Positions 24,242-32,000 of a stretch of DNA of 32,000 nucleotides are shown here, piece after piece. The translations under genes and the position numbers were made by a program. Under the pieces are notes generated by a model. It had not been told where the DNA came from. It saw only the letters and a program-made list of their open reading frames with translations, and made no database searches. How positions within the stretch are numbered: the stretch's first letter is position 1; every line of letters begins with the position of its first letter. Location of the stretch: the NCBI GenBank assembly GCA_963604935.1, contig CAVCRX010000061.1:143593-175592 (forward strand), given 5' to 3'. The stretch is from Bacteroidaceae bacterium. GTDB taxonomy: Bacteria > Actinomycetota > Coriobacteriia > Coriobacteriales > Eggerthellaceae.

Positions 24242-26083
24242 ATGGAAAATGCACTAGTCGACATACTTACCCAGCTTCGCCAAGGCGCCGAACTCTCGCC
24301 AGACGATGTGGCGAAAATCATTCGCTCGCACAACGCTGGTATTCGCGATAACTCAAAACGCTGCAGCAAAAAGAAGCTTCTTCGTTTTTACTTTGACAGC
24401 AAGAATTCCACACCTGAACTTTGGAAAAGCTGGAATGTCGATGACACTCTTGAAGCCGCCTTCTTGCGCACGCTACGCGCCAAGCCAAGACGCACCGCTT
24501 CTGGAGTGGCAACTATCACGGTAATCACAAAACCCTGGCCCTGCGAGGGTAATTGCGTTTTTTGCCCCAATGACCTGCGCATGCCCAAAAGCTACGTTCA
24601 TAACGAGCCGGCCTGCCAACGCGCCGAGCGCAACTTCTTTGACCCTTATCTTCAGATTGCCTCGCGCCTACAAGCGCTTACCCAGATGGGTCACATTACC
24701 GACAAAGTTGAACTCATTGTGCTTGGCGGAAGCTGGACTACTTATCCCAGTGCTTATCAGCGCTGGTTCATCAAACGCCTCTTTGAGGCCTTAAATGATG
24801 CAGGTGCGCCAAGCGATACTGCGGCTAATCTTGCCGAAGAAAAGGCTGTCAGGCTTCGTAAAAACTACGAGTCTTGGGGCTTTACCACTAACGACGACGA
24901 ACTAAACGCCTTTGTTGGTGCAGAACAAGCTAAGCTCAACAATGGCGAAACAAGCTACAACCAGGCCTTCAAGCTCTTATACGAGGGAGACTCACGCTGG
25001 CAGCAGCTTGGTAATTCTCAGACCGCAAGCTGGGAAGAGTTGGAGCGCCAGCAAGAGCTCAACGAATTTGCCGCTCATCGCTGCGTTGGTCTGGTAGTCG
25101 AAACTCGACCCGACGCCATTAACGCGCAAGCCTTAGCGGACACACGCCATTTGGGCTGCACAAAAATCCAGATTGGCGTGCAAAGCACCTGCGAAGAAAC
25201 GCTCGCGAAAAATGGGCGCCATATGACAAACGAGCAGCTTACTCAGTCCTTTGAGCTGCTGCGTCTTTTTGGCTTTAAAACACATACTCACTTTATGGCA
25301 AACCTTGTTGGCGCAAGCCCCGAGCTTGATGCCAAGGATTACGAGCGCTTTGTAACTAGCCCACGCTTTAAGCCCGATGAAGTGAAGCTCTACCCTTGCG
25401 TTCTTTTGGGTGGCACTCAGCTTGAAGCCCTACACGCTGAAGGAAAATGGAGCGCTTACTCCCCCAATCAGCTGCAATGGCTCATGACGCAAAATCTTGT
25501 AGCGACGCAGCCTTATACGCGCGTCAGCCGCATGATTCGCGACTTTAGTGCGCAAGACATCATCCAAGGAAACCGAACCGCCAATCTAAGGCAATTGATT
25601 GAAGCTCAGGTTGCTAATGAAGGCGGCCAGATTCAAGAAATTCGTCATCGCGAAGTAGCTGGAGCCACCTTCGACGCTGATGAACTTAGCTTGGATATCA
25701 TCGAGTACGACACCACCGCAACAACCGAATTCTTCTTGCAGTGGGTAACGCCAGAAAATCGCATTGCGGGATTCTTGCGTCTTTCACTGCCTAAAGAGGA
25801 AGCCTTTGAGCGATATCGCGCCGGAGCAGATCTTTTGCCTACCAGCGCAAATGATGCCATGATTCGTGAAGTGCACGTCTATGGAAAAGTTGAGCGCCTA
25901 CACGAAGCAAAAGAAGGCACACAGCATCTTGGCCTGGGACGAAAGCTTGTTGCACGCGCTTGCGATATCGCACGCGAACACGGACGCACTAAAATCTTCG
26001 TGATTAGCGCAGTGGGAACCCGAGAGTACTATCGCAAACTGGGCTTTGGCGACAACGGCCTCTATCAATCAAAAGCGCTTTAG
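24242..26083 (+). CDS. elp3: Elp3-family radical-SAM/GNAT enzyme (tRNA uridine-34 carboxymethylation type)
   Basis: 613 aa from ATG 24242; the track start at 24233 lies inside the TATAAT box. Motifs: KPRRTASGVATITVITKPWPCEGNCVFCPNDLRMPKSYVHNEPA...FDPYLQ...LIVLGGSWTTYP, and a C-terminal GNAT region QHLGLGRKLVARA. Confidence 0.85.
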   Translation: MENALVDILTQLRQGAELSPDDVAKIIRSHNAGIRDNSKRCSKKKLLRFYFDSKNSTPELWKSWNVDDTLEAAFLRTLRAKPRRTASGVATITVITKPWPCEGNCVFCPNDLRMPKSYVHNEPACQRAERNFFDPYLQIASRLQALTQMGHITDKVELIVLGGSWTTYPSAYQRWFIKRLFEALNDAGAPSDTAANLAEEKAVRLRKNYESWGFTTNDDELNAFVGAEQAKLNNGETSYNQAFKLLYEGDSRWQQLGNSQTASWEELERQQELNEFAAHRCVGLVVETRPDAINAQALADTRHLGCTKIQIGVQSTCEETLAKNGRHMTNEQLTQSFELLRLFGFKTHTHFMANLVGASPELDAKDYERFVTSPRFKPDEVKLYPCVLLGGTQLEALHAEGKWSAYSPNQLQWLMTQNLVATQPYTRVSRMIRDFSAQDIIQGNRTANLRQLIEAQVANEGGQIQEIRHREVAGATFDADELSLDIIEYDTTATTEFFLQWVTPENRIAGFLRLSLPKEEAFERYRAGADLLPTSANDAMIREVHVYGKVERLHEAKEGTQHLGLGRKLVARACDIAREHGRTKIFVISAVGTREYYRKLGFGDNGLYQSKAL

Positions 26084-26113
26084 TATTGCTTCATGCTGCT
26101 TATATGCGCAGTA

Positions 26114-26569
26114 TTAAAACTCAATATCCGCATAGCAAACGCCGTATTCTTTCTGCATCCAGGCAAAAAATTCATCGCCATCGAGCACTTTGATAGCGGA
26201 GTTTTTATAGTCGTCCTTGTTGCGTGTAATTATTGCATCTGCGGCAATAGACTTTGCAGCCTGGTATACGCACGCATCTTCAAAATCAGACCAGTCAGAT
26301 TCAAGAGCAGCGTCTATTTCTTTAGTACCAACTGGGGCAATACGAATATACTCACGAAGCTCGCGTAGCACCTGCTTAGCTTCGTTAAGCTTACCCTTCT
26401 TCCCTCCGTTTGAAAGAATGTAGGCCGTGTCTGTAAGTTGAGAAGAGCTCATATACAAATCAAACTCACAGAGCTTTCCCATAATAAGAAGAAGACGAGC
26501 CACGTCGCAATAAGGCTCCCGCTTTAAGCTATGGTCGAGCAAGATATTGGTATCCACGAGAAGCTTCAT
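26114..26569 (-). CDS. PIN-domain toxin (VapC-like ribonuclease)
   Basis: 151 aa. MKLLVDTNILLD...FEDACVYQAA...IITRN carries the PIN acidic residues. The ATG overlaps the antitoxin stop (ATGA at 26566-26569). Confidence 0.8.
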   Translation of the reverse strand: MKLLVDTNILLDHSLKREPYCDVARLLLIMGKLCEFDLYMSSSQLTDTAYILSNGGKKGKLNEAKQVLRELREYIRIAPVGTKEIDAALESDWSDFEDACVYQAAKSIAADAIITRNKDDYKNSAIKVLDGDEFFAWMQKEYGVCYADIEF

Positions 26570-26886
26570 AATTCGCCGCCTCCCTCAAGTTCACTCTTGA
26601 GCCTTAAACGCTTAGCTTCCTTGGTACTTAAGACGGCAACCGAAGGATCGATATCCTGAATTACTAAAGAATCAACCATCCTGGCTGCATCTTGAATTTG
26701 CTTTTTGGAGTACTTATTTAGACCGAATTCTTTATTTTGCGAAAACGGAAGACGCTTGTGCGAAATGACATAATCGTACAATTCGTTAACCGTTTGAGAT
26801 GCATTTGTACCCAGCTGCGCAAGAATTTGGTTGCCAAGTTCCTTTTTCTCGGAAGACATGCGCGCCGTAACCATTGAGTCAGCCAT
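26566..26886 (-). CDS. RelB/DinJ-like (RHH) antitoxin
   Basis: 106 aa from ATG 26886, with AGGTGA 6-7 nt upstream. MADSMVTARMSSEKKELGNQILAQLGTNASQTVNELYDYVISHKRLPF resembles the DinJ N-terminus. It overlaps the PIN gene by 4 nt. Confidence 0.7.
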   Translation of the reverse strand: MADSMVTARMSSEKKELGNQILAQLGTNASQTVNELYDYVISHKRLPFSQNKEFGLNKYSKKQIQDAARMVDSLVIQDIDPSVAVLSTKEAKRLRLKSELEGGGEL

Positions 26887-26908
26887 TAAGATCACCTGCT
26901 TAAACCTT

Positions 26909-26922
26909 GTACAACGTTGTAC
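26909..26922. promoter_or_regulatory. Perfect 14-bp palindrome GTACAACGTTGTAC, candidate TA operator
   Basis: It lies 23-36 nt upstream of the antitoxin ATG and immediately downstream of a minus-strand TATACT box (plus 26930-26935). Confidence 0.5.
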
Positions 26923-27027
26923 TAACTACAGTATAAATCAACGATCATGCGCATTTGTTGTAGCTTTTATGAATTTAATCTACGTCATTTATCTTATATT
27001 TGAGGCAGATTAGCGAAAGGAGAAAGC

Positions 27028-28071
27028 ATGCGTGAATTTAACTACTGCTCTACGCCAGATGCTTTGCGCCAAGACAATGTTTTGCAGCTTCTTCTTTCGC
27101 TGCGCGAGTCTAAAGGACGCCAGGTTTCTCTTAAAGATACCCCACCAAAACTATTAAGCGCCATGCATGAACAAACTCGTTATGCCAGCACCGAGGCTTC
27201 TAATAGCATTGAAGGCATTATCACCAGCAAAGCTCGCTTAAAGCAACTTGTTGCCGATCAAGTTCAGCCAAAAACCCGCAGCGAAGAAGAGATTGTAGGC
27301 TACCTAGACGCTCTTAAGCTCATCTACGAAGAGTATGAATTTATGCCTATTAAGCCCTCGGTGATTTTGCAGATTCACCGCGACTTAATGAAGTACACCG
27401 GCTTGTCGTACGGCGGCAAATGGAAAGATAGCGACAATCAAATTATCGCCCGCCACAAAGATGGCAGCTGTTCTATGCGCTTTACTCCAACCACTGCCCT
27501 AGCAACACCTGACGCCATGGATTCCCTTTGCGAAAGCTACAATCGCGCAATAGCAGAAGGGGTAAGTGATCCACTTTTAATATCGATACGCTTTGTGTTT
27601 GACTTCTTATGCATTCATCCATTTAACGATGGAAATGGGCGCATGAGCAGGATCTTGACTACGCTTCTTTTAGAAAAATGCGGCTATGTTGTACCGCGCT
27701 ATATAAGTATCGAAGAGATTATCAATAATAATGTTGAGCTTTATTACGAAAGCCTGGCCGAAAGTTCGATTGGCTGGGATCAGGGCCTTAACGATGAGTC
27801 TCATTTTGTGTCATACATGTTTGGCACAATAGCGGCTGCATATTACGACCTTTATGATTGCGTAGAAGCCAGTGCCAAAGCGTCAACAAAAGCACAACGC
27901 ATTGCCGATAGTTTTGAGTACTTTATCGGAAGAGTTTCGAAAGAAGACATTCGTAAGCGTTGCCCTGACATCAGCGACACCAGCATAGAGCGCGAATTAA
28001 AGAATTTGCTTGACCAGGGCAAAATCAAAAAAGTAGGCGGTGGACGAACCACCGCCTATGTGAAGATTTAG
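27028..28071 (+). CDS. Fic-family protein (AMPylase-type), class II with an N-terminal inhibitory helix motif and a C-terminal wHTH-like tail
   Basis: 347 aa with an AAAGGAGAAAGC RBS. Fic motif HPFNDGNGRMSR (27616-27651). Inhibitory (S/T)xxxE(G/N) motif SNSIEG (27199-27216). Confidence 0.9.
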   Translation: MREFNYCSTPDALRQDNVLQLLLSLRESKGRQVSLKDTPPKLLSAMHEQTRYASTEASNSIEGIITSKARLKQLVADQVQPKTRSEEEIVGYLDALKLIYEEYEFMPIKPSVILQIHRDLMKYTGLSYGGKWKDSDNQIIARHKDGSCSMRFTPTTALATPDAMDSLCESYNRAIAEGVSDPLLISIRFVFDFLCIHPFNDGNGRMSRILTTLLLEKCGYVVPRYISIEEIINNNVELYYESLAESSIGWDQGLNDESHFVSYMFGTIAAAYYDLYDCVEASAKASTKAQRIADSFEYFIGRVSKEDIRKRCPDISDTSIERELKNLLDQGKIKKVGGGRTTAYVKI

Positions 28072-28201
28072 TCCTAGGCGCTTTAAACGTGCGGTTTTGT
28101 TTGAGGTTTTTAGCTGCGGCGTTTGCGCGAAGTTTTATCCAGAGTTTTTAGGGTACCTAGCCAGAAAACTGGATTTCCATCGCTACTGTTTAAGTGAAAT
28201 T

Positions 28202-29167
28202 TTAATCCCAGGCTGTTGGGTTTAAGCAGTCGATAGGCTTGCGGCCAAGAACAGCATCGATTGCACTCTGCATAGTGCGCGTGCGCAACTCAACGCCAGA
28301 TTCTTCAGACCAATAGGCCGCATGAGCGCTAAAGAGCGTGTGTGGCGCCTTAAAGATTGGACGAGTAATGTCGGCAGGCTCACCCTCAAAAACGTCCAGG
28401 CCAGCGCCCCATAATTCACCACGCTCCAAAACTTCAGCAAGGGCATCGGTGTCCACTACGGGGCCACGCGAAGTGTTAACAAGTACCGCCGTATCCTTCA
28501 TCTTCGCAAAGGCGGCTGCATCAAAAAGATGATGAGTCTCAGGCGTGAGCGCCGTATGAATACTAATAACGTCCGACTGCTCAAGCAGTTCTTCGAAGGT
28601 CAGACACTCATAACCTTCAGGAGTACGGCGACCAGGAATAAGAGAGCGGCTCCAACATACAACCTTGAAGCCCAAGCCTTCAGCTTTCCGCGCACAGGCA
28701 CGACCGATGGCACCCATGCCAACAACGCCAAAAGTTCGGCCATAACACTGACCAAGAGGGCGACGACGAGCAAAATCCCAGATGCCAGCACGAATATCAG
28801 CATCAAGCTCGTTGGTACGACGAAGAACACCTAGAGCCATCGAAATTGCATGGTCAGAAACAACCTCGTTCGCATAACCTGGGGCCGTACAGACAAAAAC
28901 GCCGTTGTCGGTTGCTGCCGGGACATCAATGGAGTCATAACCAACTCCCGTACGAGAAACAACCTTAAGTTTAGGCAGGGCCTCAAAAAGTTTGCGGTCA
29001 AAATCACCGTACGAGGTAACGATACCATCGGCGTCCTGGCAATGATCAATGGTGCTCTGAGCATCGCGCTCTTGACTAAAGCCAAGTTCGATACCAGCTT
29101 CAGCCGCCATCTTTTCTTCAATATCAAATTGAGTAAAGTCCATGTTTACCAGGTAAATCTTTGGCAT
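28202..29167 (-). CDS. D-isomer-specific 2-hydroxyacid dehydrogenase family (NAD-binding)
   Basis: 321 aa. FGVVGMGAIGRACARKAEGLGFKV (GxGxxG), then ...LVNTSRGPVVD... and a HAAYWSEE-type C-terminal region. Confidence 0.85.
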   Translation of the reverse strand: MPKIYLVNMDFTQFDIEEKMAAEAGIELGFSQERDAQSTIDHCQDADGIVTSYGDFDRKLFEALPKLKVVSRTGVGYDSIDVPAATDNGVFVCTAPGYANEVVSDHAISMALGVLRRTNELDADIRAGIWDFARRRPLGQCYGRTFGVVGMGAIGRACARKAEGLGFKVVCWSRSLIPGRRTPEGYECLTFEELLEQSDVISIHTALTPETHHLFDAAAFAKMKDTAVLVNTSRGPVVDTDALAEVLERGELWGAGLDVFEGEPADITRPIFKAPHTLFSAHAAYWSEESGVELRTRTMQSAIDAVLGRKPIDCLNPTAWD

Positions 29168-29272
29168 ATAAACCTCTACTTCATCCTTTTTGAATGCTTA
29201 CTCGCACGCATGCGCACCATAAACAGTAAGCCTTCGCCTTACCAACTTGCCACAGATCAGCAAGCGCTCACG

Positions 29273-30046
29273 CTACTCGCTTGCCTGAGACAAGAAGTCG
29301 CGCGTACGCTGATGCTGAGGATTGTTGTACACCTGCTCTGCCGGACCTTCTTCGACAATAACGCCGCGGTCCATAAATACAATGCGGTCGGCAACTTCCG
29401 CGGCAAAGCGCATCTCGTGAGTAACAATAACCATCGTCATGTCTTCGGCCGCAAGATTTCGAATGACTTTCAAAACCTCACGCGTTAGCTCGGGGTCAAG
29501 AGCCGAAGTTGGCTCGTCAAAAAAGAGTACTTCGGGGTTCATTGCGAGCGCACGAGCGATAGCAACACGCTGCTTCTGGCCACCAGACAAATCACAAGGA
29601 ACCATGGATTCTTTACCCTCAAGCCCCATCTTCTTAATGAAACCACGAGCAACTTCCTCGGCCTCTGCCTTGGACTTACCTAATACGTTGTGTGGAGCAT
29701 CGGCAACATTCCTGAGCACCGTCCAATGCGGGAAAAGATTAAAGTCCTGGAACACCAGACCGAACTTGGTGCGCGCCTTGGGCATGGCAGCTTTGTCGTA
29801 AGCAGCCACACCCTTTTCGTTATCTGTAGCAACAACAACATCCCCGTAAGAAAGCGTGCCCTTATCCATAGTTTCGAGCAGCGTCGCACAACGCAGCAGT
29901 GTGGACTTGCCGCCGCCCGAGGAGCCGATAATTGCTACAACCTCGCCTTTGTGGACATCAAGCGAGATACCTTTAAGAACCTCGGTTGCACCAAAGCTTT
30001 TATGCAGGTCCGCGATATGGACAAGCACTTCGTTTTCGTTAGACAT
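29273..30046 (-). CDS. Polar amino-acid ABC transporter ATP-binding protein
   Basis: 257 aa with an AAGGAG RBS. Walker [10 protein letters not shown], signature [15 protein letters not shown], Walker [13 protein letters not shown]. Confidence 0.9.
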   Translation of the reverse strand: MSNENEVLVHIADLHKSFGATEVLKGISLDVHKGEVVAIIGSSGGGKSTLLRCATLLETMDKGTLSYGDVVVATDNEKGVAAYDKAAMPKARTKFGLVFQDFNLFPHWTVLRNVADAPHNVLGKSKAEAEEVARGFIKKMGLEGKESMVPCDLSGGQKQRVAIARALAMNPEVLFFDEPTSALDPELTREVLKVIRNLAAEDMTMVIVTHEMRFAAEVADRIVFMDRGVIVEEGPAEQVYNNPQHQRTRDFLSQASE

Positions 30047-30061
30047 ATAAAACTCCTTGTC

Positions 30062-30715
30062 CTAGTCGTGGTAGTAAGAAAGCTTCTTTTCGATCTTGTT
30101 CAAGACGAACTCGACGAAAAGCGTGAAGAACCAGTAAATGAGGGCAGCCATGAAGTACGGGGTCATGTTTGCGAGCGCCGCCGCCAGAGCTTTAGCCTGC
30201 GTAAACATTTCCATAATGCCCAAGACAAAGGCCAGTGAAGTATCTTTGACCAACGCGATAATTTCGTTACCAATAGCAGGGGCGATTCGCTTGATGACCT
30301 GCGGCAAAATAATTTTCATGAAGCATTGCGTGCTGGTGTAACCCAAAATCTTTGCTGCTTCGTACTGGCCACGCGGGATAGACTGAATGCCCGAGCGGTA
30401 AATCTCGCCAAAGTAGGCGCTATAGTTAAGGATGAAGCCGATTGCGCAAGCCACGAATTTCCAATCGGAGCCCAAAGAGAGTCCGAAAAGATAATAGGGC
30501 GCAAACATCCATGCCATCAACTGCAACATCAAGGGCGTGCCGCGCAGAATCGAAATATAAAAGCGCGCAAGAAGCGCCAGCGGCTTAAAGCTACTCATGC
30601 GTGCAAGAGCCACCACAACACCTAAAGGCAGGGCTCCCACCAGCGTAATTACAAAAATTTGCAGAGTCATGCCAAAGCCCGAAAGCAATGCGCTAAACAT
30701 TGCGGTTAATTCCAT
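30062..30715 (-). CDS. Polar amino-acid ABC transporter permease (HisM/GlnP family)
   Basis: 217 aa with an AAGGAGA RBS, five predicted TM segments and the motif ILRGTPLMLQL. Confidence 0.9.
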   Translation of the reverse strand: MELTAMFSALLSGFGMTLQIFVITLVGALPLGVVVALARMSSFKPLALLARFYISILRGTPLMLQLMAWMFAPYYLFGLSLGSDWKFVACAIGFILNYSAYFGEIYRSGIQSIPRGQYEAAKILGYTSTQCFMKIILPQVIKRIAPAIGNEIIALVKDTSLAFVLGIMEMFTQAKALAAALANMTPYFMAALIYWFFTLFVEFVLNKIEKKLSYYHD

Positions 30716-30877
30716 GACGTCTCCTTGCTTGATCTTATGTTTGCTTGAGGCAAAAGCTTGCTCTTTGCGTGTCCGCCATTAACGAACGTGCCATGGCTAG
30801 CTTTGCCTTTCTTTTCTTTTCATTGCTTCTGCGTCTTGTAGGATCTGCCAGGAATTTGCCGAGAGATTCAGGATTAG

Positions 30878-30970
30878 CCTGATTGTCTCGTTTGCCCCGG
30901 TTGCTCCGGTTGCCCTGGTTGCCCTGATTATCTCATTTGCCCCGGTTGCTCTGGTTGCCCTGACCATCGC
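30878..30970. repeat. Nested tandem repeat (about 45/36-nt units built from 9-nt GGTTGCYCY sub-repeats) in the binding-protein/permease spacer
   Basis: CCTGATTGTCTCGTTTGCCCCGGTTGCTCCGGTTGCCCTGGTTGC / CCTGATTATCTCATTTGCCCCGGTTGCTCTGGTTGC / CCTGACCATCGCC. Confidence 0.75.
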
Positions 30971-31030
30971 CTTTTCGTTGGTAAATCGCCTCGTTTCCCT
31001 GGCAATCTACCCCTTTTAAATGCAAAGCCT

Positions 31031-31069
31031 AAAAGACGCAAAAGGGTGGGCAGGGATTCCCCGCCCACC
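31031..31069 (-). terminator. Rho-independent terminator/attenuator after the binding-protein gene
   Basis: GGTGGGCAGGG (31045-31055), ATT loop, CCCCGCCCACC (31059-31069), with one mismatch. On the minus strand it is followed by CTTTTGCGTCTTTT. Confidence 0.7.
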
Positions 31070-31157
31070 ATATGAAATCTAGCTTCTTTGCTGATGCTTG
31101 TTCAGCAAAGCCTTCGAACTAAACTCGCTAGAAATTTAGCTCTGACTTAGCCTTGGG

Positions 31158-32000
31158 CTAGTCTTGGCCCAGGCACCAATTTGCGTAGTCCATACCCTGA
31201 TCAGCGTACTTCTCGCAAAGTTCCTTAACAGTGCCGTCCTCGTCGAGTTCCTTCAGAGCCTGGCTAACCTGATCGGCCATTTCCTGATTGTCCTTGGCAA
31301 AACCAACAGCATAGTGCTCGGAGCTTAATGCCTCAGGAAGCTGAGCGTACTTGTCGGGGTTTGCGGCAATCTGGTAAGCAGCAATTGAAAGGTCGCAAGC
31401 TACTGCATCAACAGCTCCGGACTCAAGCTGCATGAAAGCGTTGTTGTAATCGCTGATGGTCTCAAGCTTGTTGAAAGTGTCGGCAAGATCCTTCTGAGAA
31501 TCTTCAAGAACATCAAGTGCAGCAGAGTCCTTCTGGGTGATAACGTTCTTGCCCTTAAGGTCGGAAAGCTTCTTGATATCGGAGTCTGCACGAACAACAA
31601 TTACTTGCTCGTTGAGCATATAGCGATCAGAGAATGCGTAATTGTCTTCGCGGCCTTCATAGGTAAAGCCGTTCCAGATGCAGGTGATATCGCCCGAGCC
31701 AAGCAGAGCATCCTTGGAGTCCCAGTCGATAGGAGAAACTTCAAGCTCCCATCCGTTCTTTTCGCAGACGGCGTTAGCAAGGTCAAGATCGAAGCCGGTG
31801 TACTTGTTGCCGTCAGAAGCCTCGTAACCGTCGTCACCATCGGTGACCAAGTAGCCATAAGGAGGATAAGCAGCATCGAAGCCGACAACCAACTTCTGAT
31901 CGGAGGATGAGGAACTGCTTGAGCCACAGCCTGCAAGCATCACTGCCGAAAATGCGAGCATCATGCAGGCAGCTGCAACTGCAATAATCTTTTTCTTCAT
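31158..32000 (-). CDS. Amino-acid ABC transporter substrate-binding lipoprotein (family 3 SBP)
   Basis: 280 aa. MKKKIIAVAAACMMLAFSAVMLAGC GSSSSSSS has a lipobox LAGC plus a Ser linker. SBP_bac_3-like body: LVVGFDAAYPPYGY...GFDLDLA.... The start codon sits at the window edge, so no upstream context is visible. Confidence 0.85.
   Translation of the reverse strand: MKKKIIAVAAACMMLAFSAVMLAGCGSSSSSSSDQKLVVGFDAAYPPYGYLVTDGDDGYEASDGNKYTGFDLDLANAVCEKNGWELEVSPIDWDSKDALLGSGDITCIWNGFTYEGREDNYAFSDRYMLNEQVIVVRADSDIKKLSDLKGKNVITQKDSAALDVLEDSQKDLADTFNKLETISDYNNAFMQLESGAVDAVACDLSIAAYQIAANPDKYAQLPEALSSEHYAVGFAKDNQEMADQVSQALKELDEDGTVKELCEKYADQGMDYANWCLGQD

Noticed and set aside
29195-29240. Hairpin GCTTACT...AGTAAGC with an internal CGCATGCG palindrome between the ABC ATPase and dehydrogenase genes
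   Set aside because: It has a short 7-bp stem, a large loop and no T-tract on the transcribed strand. That is too weak to call a terminator or operator.
30881-31078. Plus-strand Cys-rich reading frame (PDCLVCPGCSGCPGCPDYLICPGCSGCPDHR...), a possible metallothionein-like or RiPP-like peptide
   Set aside because: The frame opens after a TAG and has no ATG/GTG/TTG start until near its end, and no RBS. The Cys codons are a by-product of the GGTTGC repeat.

Overview
This 32-kb chromosomal window has a core of about 50% GC interrupted by visibly AT-richer accessory patches. I recognised no rRNA, tRNA, CRISPR array, transposase or integrase. The gene content includes two rubrerythrins with PerR, an NAD(P)H-type Cys formate dehydrogenase with FocA, DapL, and several starts that look leaderless. 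This suggests a strictly anaerobic Gram-positive organism, possibly a Coriobacteriia-like actinobacterium, but that is inference only. Gene order: dapL (partial, -) | fdh beta+alpha and focA (-) | reverse rubrerythrin (-) | AT-rich accessory block holding an adhesin fragment (+), a secreted CAP/SCP-domain protein (-), a small lipoprotein (-) and a divergent cI-like/cro-like switch | WYL regulator + MFS transporter (-) | ettA (+) | rbr-perR (-) | PAP2 phosphatase and trmO (+) | secreted transglutaminase-like protein (-) | thrH (-) | Trm9-like methyltransferase (-) divergent from Elp3 (+) | DinJ/RelB-PIN toxin-antitoxin (-) divergent from Fic (+) | 2-hydroxyacid dehydrogenase and a polar amino-acid ABC transporter (-). 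The observations most worth a second look are these. (1) The Elp3/Trm9-like pair shares a 38-bp control region with back-to-back leaderless promoters, which would be a eukaryote/archaea-style (m)cm5U34 tRNA pathway in a bacterium. (2) A domesticated lysogeny-module remnant has a cI-like repressor whose S24 peptidase catalytic residues look lost, followed by a possible small membrane peptide and a lipoprotein. (3) A lysine-rich FN3-like C-terminal module is shared by two otherwise unrelated secreted enzymes. (4) Several intergenic tandem or dispersed repeat families are present, notably 7 x 17 nt directly upstream of the transglutaminase-like gene. (5) A TA + Fic islet carries a perfect 14-bp operator palindrome. 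All functional calls rest on motif recognition by eye; no database search was run.
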